From an uncultured Ignavibacteriota bacterium (GTDB taxonomy: Bacteria > Bacteroidota > Ignavibacteria > UBA10030 > BY39), in the NCBI GenBank assembly GCA_947085405.1, contig CAMTWO010000024.1, forward strand, positions 579 to 64,578: a stretch of 64,000 nt of DNA, read 5' to 3'. Both the position numbers and the translations under genes were made by a program. The notes under the pieces were generated by a model. It worked only from the letters and a program-made list of their open reading frames with translations, was not told where the DNA came from and did no database searches. Shown one piece after another: positions 9,246 to 17,642 of the stretch (its first letter is position 1; every line of letters begins with the position of its first letter).

Positions 9246-11003
9246 ATGGCTTCTAAAGTAACTAATATAATTGTAACCGCTACAATAAATGGAAAGCCAC
9301 ACGGCTTGCGATTCGTAAACGCTAACGTGTGGCAATCGCTTTTTTCGCATTGCAAAATACGCCTTGCACTCGGATTCGATGAAGCGGAATGTAATTCTGT
9401 TTTCGATAAAGCGGTTTCCTCATGGCTCGGTGAAAAGTTAGAACTCACTGTTTCGGACCAATTAGATAACAGTATTTCTAAAAAATATATTGGCATCATT
9501 CACAACCTTCACCTCGAGACCGGTAATCTTATAGTCGATGCTATGTCGGAAGATTATTCTCTCAACTTCGTCGAGAAACATAAATCCTTCGTCGATATGT
9601 CTGCTTTCGATGTAGTGAATACAATTGTTAAAAATAAAACGTTTGCAAATTCCTTGACGGGACCGTCAAACGGAGTTCAGTTTCGGTTTTTGCACCAGTA
9701 TGACGAAACAGATTATGAATTCTTAAAGCGCCTCGCACGTTACGATGGCTGCGTCTTGTATCATGATGGCGAGACATTTAGATACGAACCAAAACTAAGC
9801 GGAACGAAGGAAATTAAATTAGGATTAGAAAATATTTCGGATGTCCGGCTTAATTGTTTTCTGGGAGATACGAGGTTCCACGGCGTTCCTTATGATTATC
9901 AGAAACATTCTGAGTCATCAGATTTGGTTGTAAACTCAGGAAGTTACCCGGCGCCTAATCATCCCTTTGGTTCAAAAATTTTCCAAAAATCAAATGACCT
10001 ACATAAAGAACCGACTGAAATTTACAAAGAGCCGATTGTGCAGAAAAGTGACTTTGAGAACTTTATTAAAAATCAGCAGGCATTTTACAGCGGACTGCAT
10101 ATCAACGTAACGGGGACAACAAATCATCCGATGGTTACAATCGGGCGTGCGATTGAGGCACCCGATCATCCGATATTGAAAGATAAGTTTGTAGTGGTGG
10201 AATTAGAAGCCGAATTTAAAGGTAATATTTACAGCGCATCATTCAAGGCAGCCGTTAAAGATTCTATCTTGCGAAAATTAGCCACCGACGAACGTGAATA
10301 CATGGGGCTTTTACAACCAGCGATAGTTGTCGATAATAAAGACCCTGAAAATATTGGCAGGGTGCAAATTCGTTACCTCTGGGATACGGATGGGAGTGCT
10401 CACGCTTGGGCTCGTGTGTTAACATCTTTTGCCGGTTCTGACCACGGCTCGCACCTAACTCCGCGAATATCAGATCAGGTTTTGGTTGGATGCGAACACG
10501 GCAACACATCGCTTCCGGTAGTCATCGGTTCACTTTATCACAGCGAAAACAAACCCGATTGTAAAACGGATAACGGCACCGAAGAAGTGCTGATTGCAAA
10601 AACTTCTTCCGGCTCGGAAATTCGAGTTATTGAAAAACAAGGTTCTGAGCAAATCTTGATCACTATGCCCAACGGTGAAAACCTGATACGGATGGAACAC
10701 AAAGGTCCCAAAATTTTCATCGAGTCGAACAATGGGACTATAGAGATTCACGCAAAAACGATAAAGATCAATGCCGATGATAAAATTGAAATGAAAGCTG
10801 ACAAAATTGAAATTTCAGCAACCTCCAAAGCCGAGATCAAAGCACAGGATATTGATGCGACGGCAGGTAATAAGCTATCTCTCGCTGGCTCATCTTCTGC
10901 CGAATTGAAATCGTCAGCATCAGTCAAAGTTAGCGGTACGCAAGTCGAATCTTCAGCAGCCGCAACTAACGTAATCAAAGGAGCAATGGTACAAATTAAT
11001 TAA
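9246..11003 (+). CDS. VgrG-like spike protein (gp27/gp5 hub fused to a C-terminal beta-helix)
   Basis: 585 aa. Central region RVQIRYLWDTDGSAHAWARVLTSFAGSDHGSHLTPRISDQVLVGCEHGNTSLPVVIGSLYH resembles the gp5 OB-fold / phage baseplate V / VgrG core. C-terminus carries repetitive beta-strand motifs (IEIHAKTIKINADDKIEMKADKIEISATSKAEIKAQDID...). Confidence 0.65.
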   Translation: MASKVTNIIVTATINGKPHGLRFVNANVWQSLFSHCKIRLALGFDEAECNSVFDKAVSSWLGEKLELTVSDQLDNSISKKYIGIIHNLHLETGNLIVDAMSEDYSLNFVEKHKSFVDMSAFDVVNTIVKNKTFANSLTGPSNGVQFRFLHQYDETDYEFLKRLARYDGCVLYHDGETFRYEPKLSGTKEIKLGLENISDVRLNCFLGDTRFHGVPYDYQKHSESSDLVVNSGSYPAPNHPFGSKIFQKSNDLHKEPTEIYKEPIVQKSDFENFIKNQQAFYSGLHINVTGTTNHPMVTIGRAIEAPDHPILKDKFVVVELEAEFKGNIYSASFKAAVKDSILRKLATDEREYMGLLQPAIVVDNKDPENIGRVQIRYLWDTDGSAHAWARVLTSFAGSDHGSHLTPRISDQVLVGCEHGNTSLPVVIGSLYHSENKPDCKTDNGTEEVLIAKTSSGSEIRVIEKQGSEQILITMPNGENLIRMEHKGPKIFIESNNGTIEIHAKTIKINADDKIEMKADKIEISATSKAEIKAQDIDATAGNKLSLAGSSSAELKSSASVKVSGTQVESSAAATNVIKGAMVQIN

Positions 11004-11183
11004 AAATTTAAAAAAAATCTAAATTCAAAACACTAAATTCTAAATTCCGAAGGAATCACTTAGTGACAAATCTTAAATTCAAATAACACAATATATGAAT
11101 TCGTTAAATATTAGTTACAGTATTTTGGGTTTTGAATATTCGAATTTGTTTCGGATTTCAAAATTAGAAATTAGAAATTATTT

Positions 11184-11636
11184 ATGGCAGTTTTACATAT
11201 TCCATTAACATTATCGCCAATCGGTACTTTTCAAAGGGCGAGTACTGAAGAGAATATAGTCGGTTCACGACTTCGATTATTTGTTCTATCGGGTGCTGGC
11301 GAATATCTCAAATTACCATCGCCGGGCATTCGTGCTATGTGGGTTCAATTCTACAATATGGGAATGAGCGCCCGCTTCTGCGATATTATGGAAGAAGACA
11401 GACGAAGATCTCTCGAACAGATTATTAAAGCCGAAGTGAACAATTGGTTTGGAGATATAGCGGAAATTCAGGATGTGAACTTGGTTGGTGATGAGCACGA
11501 AGAAAATGGAATTAAATTCCGCACCGAGAATAAAGAATATGTTTTTAAATTTAAGGTATCAAGAAGCGAAAAAGGACTGAAAGCAGGAACTGTAGGTCCG
11601 TGGAATATTATCGAGGAAACACATGACGTTCACTGA
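11184..11636 (+). CDS. gp25/TssE-like baseplate wedge protein (GPW_gp25 lysozyme-like fold)
   Basis: 150 aa. Matches the gp25 pattern I.GSRLRLFVLSGAGEYLKLPSPGI......F..........IIKAEVNNW (cf. i.qsi..iL.T..GER...P.fG......F......wEPR). Overlaps the next gene by 14 nt. Confidence 0.55.
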   Translation: MAVLHIPLTLSPIGTFQRASTEENIVGSRLRLFVLSGAGEYLKLPSPGIRAMWVQFYNMGMSARFCDIMEEDRRRSLEQIIKAEVNNWFGDIAEIQDVNLVGDEHEENGIKFRTENKEYVFKFKVSRSEKGLKAGTVGPWNIIEETHDVH

Positions 11637-13134
11637 TTTTAAATCACGTTTTATCAGTCAGTACAAGGGGGATATAAAAGATCCCATACTAACAACAATC
11701 CTACAAACTCTTGAAGCTTATCAGGAGGAAGTACAGGATCAACTCCTTTTATCAACCTATGCTCAACGGAGCGATCAGGTTTCCGACGGTTTGTTTGAAG
11801 TGCTTCGCCGTCATTTGTTTGGTCAGATGTTTCCGGGTCCGGCGTATGTTGTTCTGCAATCTACTTTGCGTGAGGTTAAAACTGCACAGCCGGTGTTATT
11901 GGAGCAAGCTCATTATTTCAACGTACAAGATAAGGAAGGGGCAAAAGTTCTATTCGCTCCTCAATACCCCGCTTGGATTGTTCCTGCCAACACGAACGAT
12001 GTTCGGGTTGATAGCTATGGCGACGACCTGATGCTTGGCTTTAGCATTTATATCGGTAATTTGCAAGACATCGAAAATGGTGAAGTAAGTATTTTCACAG
12101 GCGATATAGACCCGCTGCTGGTGGAACGACTCCGCTGCCGAATTACACAAACTACCGGTTTCAAAGTTATCGAAAATTCGAGGAAGTCAGTTATTAGAAC
12201 TAAATATCCGGGTAACTACAACATCATTGATGATTTCTTTCTCACACCTTATGAATCCCGCTTCATCAAAATTCCTTTCGATATTTTCATCGCCGCTTCA
12301 TCAAGTCGAGGAAAAGATGATATGATATGGATTCCTTTTCCGGGGCTTGGGGCTTTTGCACAAGAATTGGAAAAGAAACTCACACTCAATTCATTTCTTA
12401 CCTGGAATATGGTGGAGATGGAAGCTCTTGCGTTGCCAGTCGATCAATTCCGGTATAACATTCCGATTACCGCGCATAAGTCGAAGGAAACAATCATTAC
12501 TTCGGTTACAGACCTCGGCACAGACCCGCCGATTGAATACATAAACGCTGCTACAGTTATGGATCCGGGTTATCCGTTTCAATATACTACGTCGGTTGAT
12601 ATTCATAAAGATGAAATTGTTTTAGCTTTTTCTCCACCGCCTTCGGGCACAGTGAAAGTACAATATTGTCAGTACGATATTGGAGATGAATGCATCAACA
12701 TTGCATCAGGAAGAAGTTTCGGACTTTATCAAGGAATAGATGAAAGAGTAAAAAGCGCTCAATCGATTACTCCGACTCATCGTATCGAGGCTCTGAATAA
12801 CAAAGCACACATCTGGAATTATTTCAGATCGCTTCTTGCAAGCCGCCATCGCTGGTTAACTAAAGACGACTTGCGTGCAGCTATGATAGGTTATCCTCCA
12901 TTTAGCCATCGAAGTGATTTAGTTAACGCAAATGATATTTCATTTGAAGAAAAAGTCGGGCGTGTTAAAGGATTTTTAACTCCATTCACCGAAATAAATA
13001 TTCCTGTAAATGATGGTGGATTATTAGACGAGCCCGACAAAAGTTACTTCGAACAGCAAATAAGCGATTATATTAGAGGTAGAACAGTGAATGGTAATTT
13101 TATCAGAATAAAACTTGTATCTGCAGAAACATAA
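11623..13134 (+). CDS. Baseplate wedge protein (TssF / baseplate J / gp6-like), putative
   Basis: 503 aa. Position directly after gp25 and before the next wedge gene follows the TssE-TssF-TssG order. Translationally coupled at both ends (overlap at start, TAATG junction at end). No specific motif recognised. Confidence 0.4.
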   Translation: MTFTDFKSRFISQYKGDIKDPILTTILQTLEAYQEEVQDQLLLSTYAQRSDQVSDGLFEVLRRHLFGQMFPGPAYVVLQSTLREVKTAQPVLLEQAHYFNVQDKEGAKVLFAPQYPAWIVPANTNDVRVDSYGDDLMLGFSIYIGNLQDIENGEVSIFTGDIDPLLVERLRCRITQTTGFKVIENSRKSVIRTKYPGNYNIIDDFFLTPYESRFIKIPFDIFIAASSSRGKDDMIWIPFPGLGAFAQELEKKLTLNSFLTWNMVEMEALALPVDQFRYNIPITAHKSKETIITSVTDLGTDPPIEYINAATVMDPGYPFQYTTSVDIHKDEIVLAFSPPPSGTVKVQYCQYDIGDECINIASGRSFGLYQGIDERVKSAQSITPTHRIEALNNKAHIWNYFRSLLASRHRWLTKDDLRAAMIGYPPFSHRSDLVNANDISFEEKVGRVKGFLTPFTEINIPVNDGGLLDEPDKSYFEQQISDYIRGRTVNGNFIRIKLVSAET

Positions 13135-13985
13135 TGGACGAGAAAGAAAAAATAGAAATACCACTTCAGATTGCTTCACTTGAAGACCTCCTGCCAATTG
13201 GACTGCTCGATAAAGATGAATCGGTTGGGACTTCAAATGCCGTAAAAGCATTGCGTATAATTGAACGGCTTATACAAGATGCGGGCTTGAACAGCATGGA
13301 GCATTCACGTTACGCTCTTCTGCAATCTTTTCCTCGCCTGTTTGCTGATAGAGACGGACAAACTTTCGAGACGCTGCACGAAGATATTCCCGATTATGTT
13401 CGCCAATATACCGCAGCGTTATGCCCTGAATGGTACTCAGATTTCATCTCATCTCTATCCGATGACCAAGCTGAAGTATTTCTGAAGAATTATGTCCATG
13501 CTCATGAAACTTGGGGACATCCGGAGGGAATAGCGACTCTTGTTCGAACGATGTTAGAAAGTTCAACTCAGTTTCCTGTCCCCGTCGTAGTGAAAAAATT
13601 AGAATATCAGGAGCGACCAATCCCGGATGAACTTCAGTCTAAATTAGGTGCGAAGGATAATTATTCAATAATCGGAAAAAATTTTGTTCTCGGCAAAAAA
13701 TTCAAGTCGCGCCCTAAATATTATAACATCATAATCGGACCGATAAATGTTAGAACGCTTGAAAAATTCCAGGAAGCGGGTTGGGCTGAGGATGCAAATG
13801 CAAGTAAAAAATTGTACCGGCTTGTAGAATTTGCCGAGCCGTTTTATTTTCACGCTCGTATTCAAATCCTGTTAGAAACCGCAGGATTCGTACTGGGACG
13901 AGCATCCATAGGAAAAGACCGATTGGGTATTGTTGAAAGTGAATTGGAAGAATATGTTGATACTTTGTTTGGCGTTAAAGGTTAA
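13134..13985 (+). CDS. Baseplate wedge protein (TssG / gp7-like), putative
   Basis: 283 aa. TAATG start overlap with the upstream gene. Assignment rests on gene order only. Confidence 0.3.
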   Translation: MDEKEKIEIPLQIASLEDLLPIGLLDKDESVGTSNAVKALRIIERLIQDAGLNSMEHSRYALLQSFPRLFADRDGQTFETLHEDIPDYVRQYTAALCPEWYSDFISSLSDDQAEVFLKNYVHAHETWGHPEGIATLVRTMLESSTQFPVPVVVKKLEYQERPIPDELQSKLGAKDNYSIIGKNFVLGKKFKSRPKYYNIIIGPINVRTLEKFQEAGWAEDANASKKLYRLVEFAEPFYFHARIQILLETAGFVLGRASIGKDRLGIVESELEEYVDTLFGVKG

Positions 13986-14014
13986 AAAAAATCATAAATC
14001 ATAAATCGTAAATT

Positions 14015-14665
14015 ATGGGACAACCAGCCGCACGTATAAGCGACATGCACGTATGCCCGATGGTAACACCGGGCGTTCCGCCAATTCCACATGTTGGTGG
14101 TCCTATTACTGGACCAGGAGTTCCTAACGTACTAATCGGTGGTATGCCTGCCGCTGTAATGGGCGATATGGCAACATGTGTGGGTCCACCGGATACTATT
14201 CTTAAAGGTTCGGTAGGTGTTCTGATTGGTGGCAAACCCGCTGCACGAATGGGCGATACTTGCGCACACGGCGGCACAATCGTTCTCGGATGTCCGACTG
14301 TTTTGATTGGCGAAGTGATGCCTGGCGCACCACCTGTTATTGTGCCACCTTTCGCTGTGCCGGTTCAGCCGGAAATGAAATCAAGCGAGAAAAAAACTAC
14401 TTCCCCAACTCCACCATCCAAAAAAGCTGAACAGAAACCTACTAAGAAAGAAGAAAAAAAGAAAACCGATTGGATTGAAGTAGAAGTAACAGATGAAGAT
14501 GGAAAACCGATGATAGGTGAAAAATATGAGATTGAGTTGCCAGACGGCTCTATTAAAAGAGGTGTTATTGATGCAAAAGGTAAAATTAAATTAGAGGGCG
14601 TTGAACCCGGAACTTGCAAAATTACTTTTCCTGAAATTGATTCTGAAGAATGGGAAATAAAATAA
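14015..14665 (+). CDS. PAAR-repeat spike-tip protein with Lys/Pro-rich linker and ~70-aa C-terminal beta domain
   Basis: The N-terminal 100 aa are a classic PAAR domain (PAARISDMHVCP..., GGMPAAVMGDMATCVGP, GGKPAARMGDTCAHGG). This is followed by KKTTSPTPPSKKAEQKPTKKEEKKK and a small domain (KYEIELPDGSIKRGVIDAKGKIKLEGVEPGTCKITF). Confidence 0.85.
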   Translation: MGQPAARISDMHVCPMVTPGVPPIPHVGGPITGPGVPNVLIGGMPAAVMGDMATCVGPPDTILKGSVGVLIGGKPAARMGDTCAHGGTIVLGCPTVLIGEVMPGAPPVIVPPFAVPVQPEMKSSEKKTTSPTPPSKKAEQKPTKKEEKKKTDWIEVEVTDEDGKPMIGEKYEIELPDGSIKRGVIDAKGKIKLEGVEPGTCKITFPEIDSEEWEIK

Positions 14666-15337
14666 TTGGAGCTATACATGAGCAAGGTACACATAGTAAA
14701 ACAAGGTGAGTGTTTAGCGAGCATTGCAAAGAAGAATGAGTTTAAAAATTGGAAAACTATTTATGAACATCCAGATAATAAAGATTTAAAAAATAAGAGG
14801 CCAAATCCAAATATTTTGTTCCCGGGCGATAGGATTATTATACCCGATAAATCGTTAAAGCAAGCAAATATAGAAACCAATGGAAAATACAAAATTAAGA
14901 TTAAGACGCAAAAAGTACAATTTAGAATTTACTTAAAAGATAGAAAAGGAAAACCTATAGCAAATAAGAATTATGAATTAATGATTGATAATCGAACATT
15001 TTACGGAACGACCGGTTCAAAGGGGTTAATAGAAAGAGAAATATCGGAAGATGCTGACGTTGGATATTTAACTGTAGAGATTAATGAACCACCATATAGT
15101 GAGAAATATAGTTGGAAAATTAAGATCGGAAATCTTGATCCAGCAGATGAAATCAGCGGAATACAAGCTCGTTTAAACAACTTAGGGTTTTCCTGCGGCA
15201 CTGTTGATGGTATCATTGGACAAAAAACGAAGGATGCATTAAAAGCTTTTCAACGGAGTTATAACATAGAACCAACGGGGAAAATTGATAATACTACAAA
15301 GAAGAAAATAGAAGATATTCATGACCAAAAAAGTTGA
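14666..15337 (+). CDS. LysM-domain plus peptidoglycan-binding (PG_binding_1) domain protein
   Basis: N-terminal LysM (KVHIVKQGECLASIAKKNEF...ILFPGDRIIIP). C-terminal PG_binding_1 (IQARLNNLGFSCGTVDGIIGQKTKDALKAFQRSYNIEPTGKID). Starts immediately after the PAAR gene stop. Confidence 0.75.
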   Translation: MELYMSKVHIVKQGECLASIAKKNEFKNWKTIYEHPDNKDLKNKRPNPNILFPGDRIIIPDKSLKQANIETNGKYKIKIKTQKVQFRIYLKDRKGKPIANKNYELMIDNRTFYGTTGSKGLIEREISEDADVGYLTVEINEPPYSEKYSWKIKIGNLDPADEISGIQARLNNLGFSCGTVDGIIGQKTKDALKAFQRSYNIEPTGKIDNTTKKKIEDIHDQKS

Positions 15338-15346
15338 TTGTATTAT

Positions 15347-16375
15347 ATGAGTAACAATGAAGCATTAATTTCTCGAGTATCATCAGACTCATCTGAAGCT
15401 AATACCTTGGTGCCAACAGCATACGAAAACCGCTTAATTGTTGTAGCACAAGGTATCGAACGTCAGGATAAAGATTTTGTTGGTGAGGACGAGATTTACC
15501 GAATACCTAATTATTTAAGAAATAGGATATCTGGATTGTTATTTAGTTCTGAAACTTTTGGCACTTACGTAAGTCATGAACAAGGCGTAATTTTTAATAT
15601 AAGTATTGTGACAAAGAAAGATGAATACAAATCATTTCTTGAAACGCCTGGAGTTCATGTTGTTTATAGCGGTCATGCGCGGTATGGTAGAGGACCTTGT
15701 TTTGGAGATGACCATGGACCAGGAGAAGATTGGGAAAATGGTACAGATCCTATGAGAACTGGATTATACAGAATAGGTTATCCTTACATTGCAATTTCAT
15801 TAGAAGATATTCCTCATCATCAGTACACTGCAAATGTGATTCCGGCGTCTGAGGTAATATCGAAGAATGAATGTCATCCCGATCTTAAACGAGCGTATTC
15901 GCGTTTGCGAACTTACAGTATTAATAACTTAGATCCAAGTGGTGTACTTATTAACCATGTAGCAGGTTCATTTAGCCCAGAAGATAGAATATGGGCAATT
16001 AAAGGATCTGTAGGCGGTCACCGTGGGACTCATCTTGTCCTTCGTGCCGGCTGGGAAAACACAGTTAGTTCACCAATGGACCTTGGTGCTACAAATATTC
16101 AGTGTCGTGTATTTTGTCATTTTGGGTGTAGTACATTCAAACATAATTATCGAATATTACGATTCGAAAAATATTGGAGAAGAACTGACACAGATCGGTT
16201 TGCGTTTTGGACAACTGCTCCTTCATACTTCATTGCGACTCGGTTTTGGCTTGTTAGGATATTGACCTATCCTAAATATAATGCTTTCGAATCATGGAAG
16301 CCTAGTTTAGATTATGCTGTTAAACGCACAAATCAGGATTTGAGAAGTATAGGACATACATATCGAATAATATAA
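15347..16375 (+). CDS. Hypothetical protein; candidate cargo/effector (His/Cys-containing region GHARYGRGPCFGDDHGPGED, C-terminal hydrophobic segment)
   Basis: ORF follows directly after the LysM gene. ATG at 15347 (a TTG at 15338 is also in frame). No recognisable family; the effector role is inferred from position only. Confidence 0.45.
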   Translation: MSNNEALISRVSSDSSEANTLVPTAYENRLIVVAQGIERQDKDFVGEDEIYRIPNYLRNRISGLLFSSETFGTYVSHEQGVIFNISIVTKKDEYKSFLETPGVHVVYSGHARYGRGPCFGDDHGPGEDWENGTDPMRTGLYRIGYPYIAISLEDIPHHQYTANVIPASEVISKNECHPDLKRAYSRLRTYSINNLDPSGVLINHVAGSFSPEDRIWAIKGSVGGHRGTHLVLRAGWENTVSSPMDLGATNIQCRVFCHFGCSTFKHNYRILRFEKYWRRTDTDRFAFWTTAPSYFIATRFWLVRILTYPKYNAFESWKPSLDYAVKRTNQDLRSIGHTYRII

Positions 16376-16421
16376 TGTTAAATTATGTAAAAACATTTTT
16401 TAAAAATGGTAAGTTTGGAGC

Positions 16422-17099
16422 GTGTTTATGATAACTTCTAAAATTTCTAAAAATTACAATTTTTTATTTTCTACGATTTTAATGCTACTTATTCTTAGTG
16501 GATGCGAACAAAATATTGAAAGGAGAAAAAATATGACTAAAGATCAAGTAATTGAAAGATTAAAACAAATAGATGAGAAACAATATGCAATAATAGATTT
16601 CCTTGCAGATTCATTATTGAATGATATAAGAGAGAAAGTTACCGCAGTTTCATCCTGCTGGCTTGATCCAGATAAGAACCTATCTTCTAATGCTGCAATG
16701 TTAATTAGTCAACTAGACGAAATTGCAATCATTCCGTTAATGAACACCAGTGTTCCCGAAAGCATCACAAAAAGAGTCTGGCTAATTCACACTATAACAG
16801 AAGCTGAGTTGGAATTGCGGGAAAAACTAATTGCTTATCTCGACAAGATGTTAGAAGATAAGTCGTCAGTTCTGATTCCAGAGCCCATCGGAAGAGAAGA
16901 AGAGTTACCCAAGCCACGGCGTGTTTGTGACGAAGCTTATATGCAAATGAGGCGATTATTAAATACATCAGAAAAAGTTGAAGAATATTACCTTAATGTG
17001 GATGCTTACTTAGATTTAACAGATGATGAAAAAGATAAAGAGATTTCAAAAGTGAAAAAAGCACGAGTATGGAAGAAATTTATCGAAGATTTCGATTAA
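16422..17099 (+). CDS. Lipoprotein (signal peptide plus lipobox LSGC); possible immunity protein
   Basis: N-terminus MFMITSKISKNYNFLFSTILMLLILSGC has a type II signal peptide. 46 bp downstream of the candidate effector. Confidence 0.5.
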   Translation: MFMITSKISKNYNFLFSTILMLLILSGCEQNIERRKNMTKDQVIERLKQIDEKQYAIIDFLADSLLNDIREKVTAVSSCWLDPDKNLSSNAAMLISQLDEIAIIPLMNTSVPESITKRVWLIHTITEAELELREKLIAYLDKMLEDKSSVLIPEPIGREEELPKPRRVCDEAYMQMRRLLNTSEKVEEYYLNVDAYLDLTDDEKDKEISKVKKARVWKKFIEDFD

Positions 17100-17132
17100 A
17101 CATGGTCTAAAAAATTTCTATTATTAATATTT

Positions 17133-17561
17133 ATGCAAGTACATTTCAGCGGACATATAACAGCTCCCTCGCCCCAGAAGGTAAGTGAAAGTGACCTTAT
17201 GGCTTTAATGCCTAATGAACGCAGGGGTTGTTTCGTTTATTCAGTGAGAGTTGAATTTCCGGAAAATAATTTGGCTGTCATGTTTACACCCTCAATTTTT
17301 ATAAACAAATCCCTCAGCAATAATGAAGCGAGCGAAGTAGAAACACATGAAAGACGGCATTTTGAGGATTTCCGCCGTCTTGCAAGAGAATTGAAGGCAG
17401 ATATAGAAGATGCAATAGAGGCAGGTAAAGATCCTGAAATCCGTACCCGTTTAGAGTGGTTCGACTATGATAATTGTATCGCGAGACAGAGTAGGCACAA
17501 TGAAGAGGGTATTACTGATATTTTACCCTGTATACAACCCTTTTCCTCGAGACCTATTTAG
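17133..17561 (+). CDS. Hypothetical protein
   Basis: 142-aa ORF with no recognisable motif. Confidence 0.3.
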   Translation: MQVHFSGHITAPSPQKVSESDLMALMPNERRGCFVYSVRVEFPENNLAVMFTPSIFINKSLSNNEASEVETHERRHFEDFRRLARELKADIEDAIEAGKDPEIRTRLEWFDYDNCIARQSRHNEEGITDILPCIQPFSSRPI

Positions 17562-17642
17562 TTTAAATTTTATTTGATAATACCATAAAAAATGTTAAAT
17601 TATAACGTAACTGTTCAATAAATATTAGAAAGAAATTAAATC

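Noticed and set aside
16023-16265. ORF 16023-16265 (+), 80 aa with a hydrophobic stretch
   Set aside because: It overlaps the 3' part of the candidate effector gene in another frame; the hydrophobicity merely reflects the U-rich complementary frame.
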